Assembly: GCA_947476255.1 (NCBI GenBank)
Contig: CANJPY010000003.1
Span: 37,551-101,550 of the forward strand
DNA: 64,000 nt
Source: Chthoniobacteraceae bacterium
GTDB taxonomy: Bacteria; Verrucomicrobiota; Verrucomicrobiia; Chthoniobacterales; Chthoniobacteraceae
Reading direction: 5' to 3'
Shown here: in pieces, positions 46,000 to 55,800 of the stretch
Layout: each line of letters starts with the position of its first letter
Position numbering within the stretch: position 1 is the stretch's first letter
The notes under the pieces: generated by a model
The model's input: the letters and a program-made list of their open reading frames with translations, nothing else
What the model was told of the DNA's origin: nothing
Database searches by the model: none
Program-made: the position numbers and the translations under genes

Positions 46000-48885
46000 T
46001 CATTTTAATACTTCGGCGTGGTTAAGCCTGAGGTCTATTTCGCCAAGTCTGCGTAGATCGTCGAGCGAACGGGATATTTGCGGCAGGGCGGCGTTTAGGT
46101 CCGTATCTGAAAGCGCCGTCGCCAGATCCATTTTCTCTCCAGCCCTTCCTTTATTTCCTATCATGTGAAGGCGGGCGCCTCGGCCCAGTGCGAATTCCGG
46201 CCGACAATTGTAAAAAAAGTTCCCGAGAAGGAGCAGAGAAAAGGGGCCGTCTCCCTTGTGAATAATACGTTTGAGCGGCTCGCTCACATAAAACTGGTCG
46301 GGGCCGATACTCAACTCCCCCTTGTAGCCGTCTATCAAGATTCCGGGGAGATTGTCGGCTTTATCCTCGCGGTCGAGCTTGGCTCCTTGAATTGTCACTC
46401 GGCCTGCGGGATCATCCAATGCTCCTTTAAGAAGCAGAAAACGCGCGTCCGATTCCATATAAAGATCACTTACGGTGATGCTGTTACCGTCCTTGATCGT
46501 AATCGTCGGATTTTCGCAGACACCCAGCTTTGACATGATTCCCGTGAAGCCGCTTCGCTCTTTTGATTTGCCCTCCACTACGATATGGCCGGTGTTGTAC
46601 GAGGCATTACAAAGGATTGTCGCATCGGCCGAATCAACGCAGTGAAGATTTCCCCGCATGTACTTCACAAGAACGGTGTCGTTCTTTTTCAATCCCTCAA
46701 GGCGCAATCCGCGCTTGTCGCTCTGGTCCACAGAACCCCATGCTTTCTCGCTGTAAACGGGACTGACGACGAAAAGCCGGTCGTAGCAGATATGGGATGT
46801 TTTTTTTCCGGTTGAGGTCTGGAGGATATCGTTCCCGTTTTTTGTACTGGGAATGCTCCCAATGCAGATATTTTGAACCGTGAGATGATCCGGGTCAGCA
46901 ACATGAAGGATCGTACCACCTTCCGGGCCTTTCCATTCGATGCGAGTCCCCTCGCCAGAGCCACCAAGACGATAGTTCGCCCCTGACATTTCTATGGTTC
47001 GCCCTACAAAATAGTTTCCAGTGGGGAAGTAAGCCTCCGCATCATTCCCAGTTTCGCGGGCCGCGTTGATGGTATTTTGAACGGCATCAGTGTCATCGGC
47101 TTTTCCGTCGCCTTTGGCTCCAAAGTCACGCTTCGCATCAAAAATTTTCCCCACCATTGGAATGGATGTCTTGAGAAAAGACTGTTTCGCGGAAACCAAA
47201 GAGCCCTTAAGTTCACCCTCTGGAATCTCGTAAACTATACAGGAAAATCCAGATATGTCTGGACTGACAAAAACGGGCGCGCCTGATTCCGTCCTGTTGT
47301 CTGAGACAAGGAGTCGTCCTCCATTGCCATTGATGACTAGCGGTGGGTTTTTTGTGTCCTTGTAAAACCTGCAGTCAAACAAGAGGCCGTTTGCAAATTC
47401 CATGGCTCCTGCCGGATTCTTCCAGTCAGCAATCTGGCAGTCTTGCACCACCATCCCCGAGATTGGATCATTGTTTTTAAGGAACATCATCGACCCATAG
47501 GAGGTGCAGCGCCTGACAGAACTGCTGTGTTCTCCGAGCGAATCAATATCACAGCTGGAATTGCGTTCGAAATGGCAGTCGCGCACGTAGGCATTGCCGC
47601 TCCGATTGAGTATTCCGGTTCCGCAGTTCCGGAATTCACACCCTTGTATAGTGTTGTCGTAATCATTGTTACGAGTAAACGCTATGCCCGTTTTACAGCG
47701 TTCAAAAAGGCAGTTGTCATACAGCACCTCTGCCGTTTCAAGGTTTCCCTCATGCTCCTTGCCGATGCTGATGGCTTCGCCTGTGAAGTTCAGGCAGGCG
47801 ACATGTTGGTAAAGCATGTCGGTCTCGTAAATTCTTGCAGCATGCAAAACTCCAGTTGCCGCCTTTCCGTTGCCGTCCAGCACGAAGCCTGTGTAGCTCG
47901 AGTGCGAATAGCCGAGAGACTTGATCATTACCCCGCCGTCTTCACCATCCCAGACGATCTTTGTGGAACGTCCATTACCCACGATACACCCCTGAAATAT
48001 TCCACCGGCATTGTAGGCGCCACCGAGGTCCAAGGTTTTCGTGATACGGTAGGTTCCTGAGGGAATATGAAGCGTTGTTCCATTCTTCATGGCCTTGAAG
48101 GCCGACTGAAGAGCCTCGGTGTCGTCTGCAATGCCATTGCCTACAGCTGCTTTCGTGATGTCTTTTTTGACGTCAATCCAATCGGATCTCTTTCCCTTGG
48201 GAATATCAGGAATCATTGGCGCCGAAGTCGGCGCGGGTGCGTCGAAAGCATAGTCCACCGGCTTGTTATTTCCGTCGACTTCGATGATCGCAAGATTCCG
48301 GAAATAAACCGTACCTTGACCAGAGACAGCCAGATTTGGCTGGAAGCGCATGACTCCCTCAGGAAGTGCGGCATCGCATTGGGAGTTTGCAGGCCCGAGA
48401 ATAAAAGAGACTTCGGTCCACTTGCCACCTGTAGGTCCGGAGATGCATTGCAACTCTTTGGCTCCCGGCCAAGGGATCATTTTGTTGCCTTCAATCCCGT
48501 ACCCGTAGCCAAGCGACAGCACGACACTCAATGTGTCTTTGGTAAAGACCTCGAAACTCAGGCGACTTCTCCGCTCATTGAACACATAGCAAGAGCCTTT
48601 GACGCTAGTGAGCACAAAATTACGATTGTCTTTTGCACCGCCTCTGGGAACCGCCACCACCGTAAGTTTGGCGATTTTTTCCCCGCCCACAGCCCCGTTT
48701 TTGACAGGATCCTCGAAAACTGTTTCAGCCTTCGCATACTCTTCAAAGCCTCTTTGGAGGCTAAGACCATTGAAAAAGCCCGTGCGCGCAGGAAGCAAAT
48801 TGACGGGTGCCCCAAAAACGTTGGCGGAAGACAGAAGATTTACTGAGACGACGAAGGCGCGAACCAGGCGCCAGATAAAGTTCAT
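46000..48885 (-). CDS. Secreted protein with two pectate-lyase-superfamily (right-handed beta-helix, Pectate_lyase_3-like) domains
   Basis: The start is the ATG at 48885 (MNFIWRLVRAFVVSVNLLSSANVFGAP is a signal peptide). There are two copies of the beta-helix N-cap motif: AAVGNGIADDTEALQSAFKAMKNGTTLHIPSGTYRI, and DFGAKGDGKADDTDAVQNTINAARE...YFPTGNYFV. Cys/Asn-rich coil repeats lie between them (FRNCGTGILN, VRDCHFERNSSCDI). Confidence 0.85.
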   Translation of the reverse strand: MNFIWRLVRAFVVSVNLLSSANVFGAPVNLLPARTGFFNGLSLQRGFEEYAKAETVFEDPVKNGAVGGEKIAKLTVVAVPRGGAKDNRNFVLTSVKGSCYVFNERRSRLSFEVFTKDTLSVVLSLGYGYGIEGNKMIPWPGAKELQCISGPTGGKWTEVSFILGPANSQCDAALPEGVMRFQPNLAVSGQGTVYFRNLAIIEVDGNNKPVDYAFDAPAPTSAPMIPDIPKGKRSDWIDVKKDITKAAVGNGIADDTEALQSAFKAMKNGTTLHIPSGTYRITKTLDLGGAYNAGGIFQGCIVGNGRSTKIVWDGEDGGVMIKSLGYSHSSYTGFVLDGNGKAATGVLHAARIYETDMLYQHVACLNFTGEAISIGKEHEGNLETAEVLYDNCLFERCKTGIAFTRNNDYDNTIQGCEFRNCGTGILNRSGNAYVRDCHFERNSSCDIDSLGEHSSSVRRCTSYGSMMFLKNNDPISGMVVQDCQIADWKNPAGAMEFANGLLFDCRFYKDTKNPPLVINGNGGRLLVSDNRTESGAPVFVSPDISGFSCIVYEIPEGELKGSLVSAKQSFLKTSIPMVGKIFDAKRDFGAKGDGKADDTDAVQNTINAARETGNDAEAYFPTGNYFVGRTIEMSGANYRLGGSGEGTRIEWKGPEGGTILHVADPDHLTVQNICIGSIPSTKNGNDILQTSTGKKTSHICYDRLFVVSPVYSEKAWGSVDQSDKRGLRLEGLKKNDTVLVKYMRGNLHCVDSADATILCNASYNTGHIVVEGKSKERSGFTGIMSKLGVCENPTITIKDGNSITVSDLYMESDARFLLLKGALDDPAGRVTIQGAKLDREDKADNLPGILIDGYKGELSIGPDQFYVSEPLKRIIHKGDGPFSLLLLGNFFYNCRPEFALGRGARLHMIGNKGRAGEKMDLATALSDTDLNAALPQISRSLDDLRRLGEIDLRLNHAEVLK

Positions 48886-49467
48886 GGAGTGCAGTTTTTT
48901 AAATTGAGGAATATGTGCGCCCATTTTTCCCTCTTCAATCTGGATATCTAAGAGCGTGCGCAACGCTTGCAAGAAAACGTATCGGGTTGTCACGTAAAAT
49001 ACACGCGATATGAACCGTCAACTTTGCGTATCCATGTATCCGCAGGTTTTTCCTAAAGCAGGCTGGAGTGAGTTTTGTTATGTGTTCGGTTAGCACTCCT
49101 GTGGGCTCCCACTCCCCGACTGAACCATCCTTCTACGGCACCTCTGAGTAAAACATTTTGAGATGTTTTAAATGGTGACGCACGACGATATTTAAAGTTG
49201 CATCCTGTTGCTATTCTGCTAGAAAGCGTTCCTGAAGTTCCTCTTTTATACCCTGCTGCCAAACAGAAATTGACTAACCGCAGCGGAGATCTCAGACAAG
49301 ATTTTCTCGAATGATTTCATAAGAAGCACCCTTTGTTTCTTTGCCTTTTTCTCTCGGTGATTTTCAGCCTCCGCCGGCCTTAAAAAACACTAAGGAAGGA
49401 AGTGCTAGGCTTTTTTCCGCCCATTTAAACCCCTGACTCAAAGCTCCATCTCGCACGTCGATTCCGT

Positions 49468-50340
49468 ATGTTAAGACAAGTTCTTTTTTTAAGCCTTATT
49501 CTGTTTTTTTGCGGGAATGCATCCGCCGACTACATTTTCGAGCGCCGGATCGCAATGGAGTTGCTCAAGGCTGGTCGGCAGGAGGACGCACTCGCCGCGT
49601 TTCAAAAGATGGGGGCTGGAGAATATTCAGATTTCCAAAAGTCAGACGCCTTGGAGCAGGCGGCAATGTGCGCGCAACGGCTCAAAAGAGACAAGGAAGC
49701 GGCAGACCTGGCGGCCCGGATTCCGTTGATACACGCGTCCAGGACATGCCAGATCCGGCTTCTGGCAGAGCATCGAAAGTGGACTGAAATCCTTGCCCAA
49801 TTCAAGGATGAGAAGTTTGCGGCCTGGCCCGACGATTATGCGGCGGAAGCGTTCTATCTGAGGGGACAGGCTCGTTATTTTATGAACGATGGCGAGGGCG
49901 CCGCTGTGGACTTAAGACAGGCTGTCGAGTTGTCCCCAGACAACGGCACTAAAGGGCGGGCTGCGTTGGCGCTGGGCGAGAATTACAGGAACCGCTTAAA
50001 AGACGATGAACAGGCTTTGTCGGCGTATGAGCAGACCGTGCAGTGGATTCCCGCTGGAGGCCACTACGTCCCTTACACAGCCGCGGTCTCCGCAGCGGCA
50101 ATCCTGCGCGCGCAAGGGAAGCATGAAAGGGCACTCGCAATGGCGGTGAAATTTGATCCGGATAAGGCACAGGGATATTGGCGGGGAATGTTATTGGTTT
50201 CGAGGGCGGAGACTCTAGTCGCGCAGGGAAAAAAAGCGGAGGCCGCTGTGTTGTACAAGGCGGCAATGGCAGTGCAAGGCCTTGCTGAAAGTGATCGGAA
50301 AGAATGGGAGAAGAAATCTCTGGAACTGGAGCGAAACTAA
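49468..50340 (+). CDS. Secreted TPR-repeat protein (stand-alone homolog of the N-terminal module of the 5353 gene)
   Basis: It has a signal peptide, MLRQVLFLSLILFFCGNASA. The segment HRKWTEILAQFKDEKFAAW...EAFYLRGQARYFMNDGEGAAVDLRQAVELSP...LKDDEQALSAYEQTVQ aligns with ESKWNDLIAQFKGEDLASW...EAASLRGKAYIILKDGANAAKDLKLAAERSP...LGDDEQALGAYNKAFQ in the 5353 protein. Confidence 0.85.
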   Translation: MLRQVLFLSLILFFCGNASADYIFERRIAMELLKAGRQEDALAAFQKMGAGEYSDFQKSDALEQAAMCAQRLKRDKEAADLAARIPLIHASRTCQIRLLAEHRKWTEILAQFKDEKFAAWPDDYAAEAFYLRGQARYFMNDGEGAAVDLRQAVELSPDNGTKGRAALALGENYRNRLKDDEQALSAYEQTVQWIPAGGHYVPYTAAVSAAAILRAQGKHERALAMAVKFDPDKAQGYWRGMLLVSRAETLVAQGKKAEAAVLYKAAMAVQGLAESDRKEWEKKSLELERN

Positions 50341-50394
50341 AGGCGAAAGCGCATTTCCTCTTTTCTTGATACGGCTTTAAAACACACCGCCCCT

Positions 50395-52806
50395 ATGAAC
50401 CGACTTGTCCACATTATCATCATCGCTTTCACTCTTTCTTTTTGGGCTGCGGGCCATGCCGAAGTTACCTTGACCGTCGATGGACGCCCCGGGGCCGACA
50501 TTGTGGTCTCAGGCACAGCCACGCGTACGGCGAGGCTCGCTGCCGCGGAATTGCAGCACTACCTTGAGAAAATGAGTGGCGCGAAACTGGCCATTCGAAC
50601 CATTCCTGGAAACGACGTGGCTGCACATATTTATGTTGGTAAAAGCACGTACACAGAAGCGCTAAACTTGAGCGACGACGCTCTAAATTACGGGGCTTTT
50701 CGAACAGTCGTAGGGAAGGATTGGCTGGCCCTCCTTGGGCAGGACCGAGAGTTTCAGCCTCGCGAAACCTATGTCCGTGAAGAGGGGGGGCGGCCAAAGT
50801 ACTTCGAAAAATGGGACGCTCTTACCGGAGGCACTTGGGCCAATCCCGTGGAACGGGACCAGTTTAATGCAGCCCTGAAAATCTCGGCCTACGACGGGCG
50901 CGGTTCCTTGAACGCAGTCTATGATTTCCTGCGCGGTCTTGGTGTCCGTTGGTATTATCCCGGCGACATTGGCGAGGTGGTTCCGCATGTCACGAAAGTA
51001 ACAGCTCAACCTGTGGACAAAACCGTCGTCCCAGATTTCGCCTACCGCCACCTTTATATCTACTACGCCGATTTCATGCGCGCGTCTGCTCAGGACGTAA
51101 TGTGGCAGTTACGACTGGGACTGAATCAGGACAACGGATTCGAAGGCGGCCATGGGATGGTTAACGTTCATATCCGGGACAAGTCGAACCGGGAGCATTT
51201 TGCGTTATACGGAGGCACCCGATCCGTCAGCGAACCTTATGGACTGGGGTTTCCCTGCCTCTCCTCTGAATCGCTCCAAAACTCGGTGGTGAAATACACC
51301 GAAGCGGTCTTCAAGGTTTATCCAGATTTGCCCATGGTCTCCCTCTCCCCGGTGGACGGCTACAGCTCGTTGTGTCAATGCGACCTCTGCAGTGGAAAAG
51401 GCACTCCCGAGCGGGGCTGGAACGGGAGACTTTCGGACTATGTCTGGAGCTTTGAGAACCGCGTGGCGGCGGAGGTCTACAAAACGCATCCGGAAAAACA
51501 ATTGAGTATTGCAGCTTATTCCGCCTATCAGTTGCCGCCTGCCAAGATAGAAAAGCTGAGTCCCAATATTTCCGTGGTTTTGTGCCGCTGGCGCAGTGGC
51601 TTTGACAACCCGCAAGCCCGCGGGGACTTCGCCAGTCTCACGGACGCATGGCTGGCGAAAAGCCCGCGGGAACTATACACCTATGATTACTATCTGCACT
51701 GCCGCCCGGGGCTTCCCACGGAAGGTGTGCCGGTCTACTTCCCCCATATTATTTCCGACGATCTGCGCTCCTTGAAGGGAAAGACCAAGGGCGAATTTAT
51801 TGAGGTATACGGCAAATCAAAAACGGACAAATCGGGCTGGGAACCTCTGGCCGCAAACCACCTAAACTGCTATATTACCTCGCGTTTTTGGTGGGATGTC
51901 AGTCAGGACGTAGATGCCATTCTTGCAGAGTACTACGAGAAGTTTTATGGCCCCGCCAAGGCCGAGATGAAAAACTTTGTAGAGTACGCAGAAGCTAACG
52001 GAACGAAGGCCATTACTGACGTGCAGGTGATAGACAGGCTGACAGCGCTGCTGAAATCTGCGAGGGAAAAAGCGGGGGACTCAGTCTATGGAAAACGCAT
52101 TGATCTTCTCGCCACGTTTATGAGCCCCTTGCTGCAAAAGCGTGAGCAACTTTCCAGACGCCGTGAAGACGTGCCCAAAGCACGTTGCTATATGCGGCCC
52201 GACACCGAGGTTAAGCTCGACGGAAAGCTCGATGAACCCTTTTGGCAGGGCATCGCCGAATATGGGCTTGCGGAACTGGAAACCGGCAGGGCACCGGCCT
52301 ACGGAACCACCTTCAAAGCAGTCTGGGCCAAAGACAGCCTGTATATCGGTATTGTCTGCCGCGAAGCGCACAAACAGAAGCCGATCATCGGTTCCATTAG
52401 AAACGGCGATTCTGCAATCTTCAATGGCGACACCATTGAATTGCTGTTGGAAACCCAGGCCCATTCTTATTACCAAATAGCCATCAGTCCCTCCGGCGCT
52501 TTGATCAACTTGGACCGAAAAGGCGGGATGAATTCTTTGTGGTCTTCACAGGCGCAGATTGCAGCACATTCTGGCGAGGGTTTCTGGAACCTCGAAATCC
52601 GGTTGCCCGTCGCTGGAGAAGGACAAGAAGCCGTTGACCCCAACAACGGAGTCGCCGGCCGGATGCCTACAGAAACTTATCCTTGGTACTTTAACGTTTG
52701 CAGACAGCGCGTGAGAAATCAGGGAACGGAATTCTCTGCTTTCTCTCCCACCGGCAAAAAGAACTTTCATGAAGTCCTCAAGTTCGGTGAGCTTTTTGTG
52801 AAGTGA
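50395..52806 (+). CDS. Secreted DUF4838 protein with C-terminal CBM9-like domain
   Basis: It has a signal peptide. The DUF4838 core is PCLSSESLQNSVVKYTEAVF...SLSPVDGYSSLCQCDLCSGKG. The CBM9-like tail is LDEPFWQGI...FKAVWAKDSLYIGIVC...GDTIELLLETQAHSYYQIAISPSGALINLD. It lies 54 nt downstream of the TPR gene. Confidence 0.9.
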   Translation: MNRLVHIIIIAFTLSFWAAGHAEVTLTVDGRPGADIVVSGTATRTARLAAAELQHYLEKMSGAKLAIRTIPGNDVAAHIYVGKSTYTEALNLSDDALNYGAFRTVVGKDWLALLGQDREFQPRETYVREEGGRPKYFEKWDALTGGTWANPVERDQFNAALKISAYDGRGSLNAVYDFLRGLGVRWYYPGDIGEVVPHVTKVTAQPVDKTVVPDFAYRHLYIYYADFMRASAQDVMWQLRLGLNQDNGFEGGHGMVNVHIRDKSNREHFALYGGTRSVSEPYGLGFPCLSSESLQNSVVKYTEAVFKVYPDLPMVSLSPVDGYSSLCQCDLCSGKGTPERGWNGRLSDYVWSFENRVAAEVYKTHPEKQLSIAAYSAYQLPPAKIEKLSPNISVVLCRWRSGFDNPQARGDFASLTDAWLAKSPRELYTYDYYLHCRPGLPTEGVPVYFPHIISDDLRSLKGKTKGEFIEVYGKSKTDKSGWEPLAANHLNCYITSRFWWDVSQDVDAILAEYYEKFYGPAKAEMKNFVEYAEANGTKAITDVQVIDRLTALLKSAREKAGDSVYGKRIDLLATFMSPLLQKREQLSRRREDVPKARCYMRPDTEVKLDGKLDEPFWQGIAEYGLAELETGRAPAYGTTFKAVWAKDSLYIGIVCREAHKQKPIIGSIRNGDSAIFNGDTIELLLETQAHSYYQIAISPSGALINLDRKGGMNSLWSSQAQIAAHSGEGFWNLEIRLPVAGEGQEAVDPNNGVAGRMPTETYPWYFNVCRQRVRNQGTEFSAFSPTGKKNFHEVLKFGELFVK

Positions 52807-52879
52807 AGGTTTGCAAAAAAGGGCGAATGTCGTCCTGCGGGAATACATTGCCGCTGTTGGAAATGCATCCTGTCCGGTG

Positions 52880-55800
52880 TTAATTTTTGCTCGTAAGAAA
52901 TTTAAGCAGCTCAAACGCCTTTTGTTCAGGCAGGCCTTCCAGAAGGCCCGGAGGCATCAGCGACTGCGGAAGCTTCTCATGTTTTGCGATATCAGACTTC
53001 GCGGTAACCACAGGCAGGCCCAGGGTGCGCAACGTCACTGCGGTTGGCGATTCCTGATCAAGAAGCCCCGACACGACCGCGCCGTCTTTTTTGGTGATCA
53101 CATGAAGTTGGAAGTTCTCGCCAACAACAGCGTTTGGATCGACGATGTTTTCCAAAAAGTAATCCAAGCCATGCCGCCAGGAACCTCCAAGATCAGGCCC
53201 CAGGTTCCCGCCCTGGCCGTTGATGGCATGGCAAACACCACAGAGCTGTTTGAAGGTTTCTGCACCGGCTTTCACGTCGTAGGCCCACAGCGGAGCCGCT
53301 GAGTAGCTTTTTTTGAGTCGTGCCATTGTCTCTTTTGAAGCCTCCGAGGAATCGTTCACTTTGCCCCAGGACTCATCGAGCAGGCGGTCGATTTCGGCGT
53401 TCTTCAAATTGCGCATCTGCCTGACTTGCAACGAAGAAACATGCTTTCGCTCGAATGCTCCCTGTTTCAGGGCTACCAGGAGCGGGGCGGCAAGTTCAGC
53501 GCGGGCGGTCAGCGTTGCGAGAGCCTTGCTTTGGTCGTTAGGGTTTAAAGACTCAAAGCGTTTGATCAAGGCCGCCGCCACAGACGGATCCTTGGCGCGG
53601 GCGAGCAGCGGGATAATGGCGCTTCTGAGAGCCTCGTTTTCGAGGAGCTTTGCAAAAAGAGGGAGGGATTCAGGATCATCCACTTTACGCAGTTGCTCAA
53701 AGGCGAATTGGCGGCGCGTATCTATTGCTTTGTCGTCCCCGAGAATGTTTCGCAGTTTAGCAACGACTTGTTTATCGCCAAACAAAGTGGAGAGGCTGTC
53801 GGCAGCATCTTCGAGCTCGCGATCTTTGGTGCTAAGAAGCCGGGTGCGTGCGGCGTCCCAACCAGCAGGCATCCGCAAAGAGGCATCGTCTTTCAGTGCG
53901 AAGGCCATGATGCGCAGAATACGAGCTGCGCTTGCATCGTCTTTCTTTGCGATAATGTTCAGCAGTTGTTCGCGTCCCTTTTCCGTGCGAGCAGCAAACC
54001 AGAGGATAGAATCGGCGAGACTCCGTTGTGGCGTGGTATTTGCAATTTCAAGGGCGCGAGGCATGTCCTCTCCTGTGATGCGACCAAGACCGCACCAAAC
54101 CATGCGAGGGAGGAAGCGGTCGTCCGCATCTTCGCCGTGGGCAGCCAACGCGGTGCCAATGTCCCACGCCAGAGGTGCAGACACCTGCGGCATCGCGGAA
54201 GCGAGAGCTAGGCGAACTGTGGGTGACGGATCGTCTTTGGCAAGGGCTACTAGAGTTGCGGCGGGCAAGGCGGGCGCATCAGAACGTTCGGTGGCCAGTT
54301 GAATTGCCCACGAGCGCAGAATATCGTCTGGAGCTTTGGCAAGTGTTTCTAGAGCGGTGCCATCGAGAGCGCCGATGACATGCAGCGTCCATACAGCGCG
54401 TAACGCCAGGCTGGTATCCGTGGAGCGAGTTTGTTCTGCAAGGATTCGCACGGCTTCGGGTTCAATGGGCTTCGCTGTTTTCCGGTATTGGAGAAGGTTA
54501 CGGGCCTGCCTGGAGTACCAGTCGTTGCGATGGGTATGAAGTTTTGCGAGTTCAATGTCCGATTTGTTCCCGAGGTCGACCTTGACGGGCTTGAAAGTCT
54601 CGGCCCACGAAACCCGGTAAACGCGGCCGTTGGTCCTGTCCCATTTTTCGTCTGCGGGCGTATGGCAGTGTTGAAGATCGCACCAGTCAATGAGATATAC
54701 CGCTCCATCGGGCCCCGTTTGGAGGTCGATGGCCATGTAACGGGGATCTGGCGCAATGAGCAGATCGTGGCCCGCGTGTACCGTTTCGTACGCGGAACCT
54801 TTCCGTTCATTCACCTGATGGTTCATTTGGTGTCCGAACAGATTGTTGGTAAAAAGGTGGTTGCGGTAGGTTTCCGGCCAGTTGTCCCCGAGGTAGATCA
54901 TGGTGCCGACATGGCTGTGACCGCCATAAATCGAGTCACTGCCGGGCTTTCCAGCGCCGCCAGCACCGCTGTCGTAGCGGGCTGCGGCCGGCAGGAAGTT
55001 CTTGAGATGAGGCGCGAACTCGGGACCCGCATTCGAAATAAAGGGAGCGTAGTTCCCGTTTGCCTGATTCCAAAAGTGGCCGTTGCGAATGATATAGGTC
55101 GTGCCACCGCCACCCCAGAAGCTGCGGCAATGGGTCATGAAGAGGTGTCCGTTGCTGTTGAAATCGATTCCCCACTGGTTGCTACCGCCGTGAGCAAACA
55201 TCTCAAATTCACGACGCACGGGATGGTAACGCCAAACACCCGAGCGAAAGTCGATGCGCTTGTCATCGGGCGTGCCGGGTTTACCAACCTGCGAACGGGT
55301 GAAGACGCCCTGATTGCCATAGAGCCATCCATCCGGGCCCCAGCTGAAGCTGTTTAAGGTTTCATGCGTGTCTTGATACCCCCATCCATCAAGCAGGACC
55401 TCAGGCTTCCCTGGTTTATCGTCGGCGCCTCGCGGAATAAAGAGCAGTTCTGGCGCGGCTCCAACCCACACCCCGCCGAACCCAACTTCAAGACCACTCA
55501 CCAAGTTGAGGCCCTCGAAAAACACCGTCCTTTTATCGAAGGAGCCATCGCCTTTGGTATCTTCAAGAATAAGAATGCGGTCTTCGTTTTTGCCATCCTT
55601 GCGCTTGTTTGGATAACTGTAGGCTTCTGCAATCCAAAGTCGGCCGCGCTCATCGATGGCGAAAGCGACGGGCTGTTTGACGTCAGGCTCCGCAGCCAGC
55701 AGTTCGGCTTGAAATCCGGGAGTCAGCATCATTGTTGCGATCACCTGCTGCCCATCGGCATTGGCGACGGCCGTGGGCTTGGCGGGATTGGCCACGAGGT

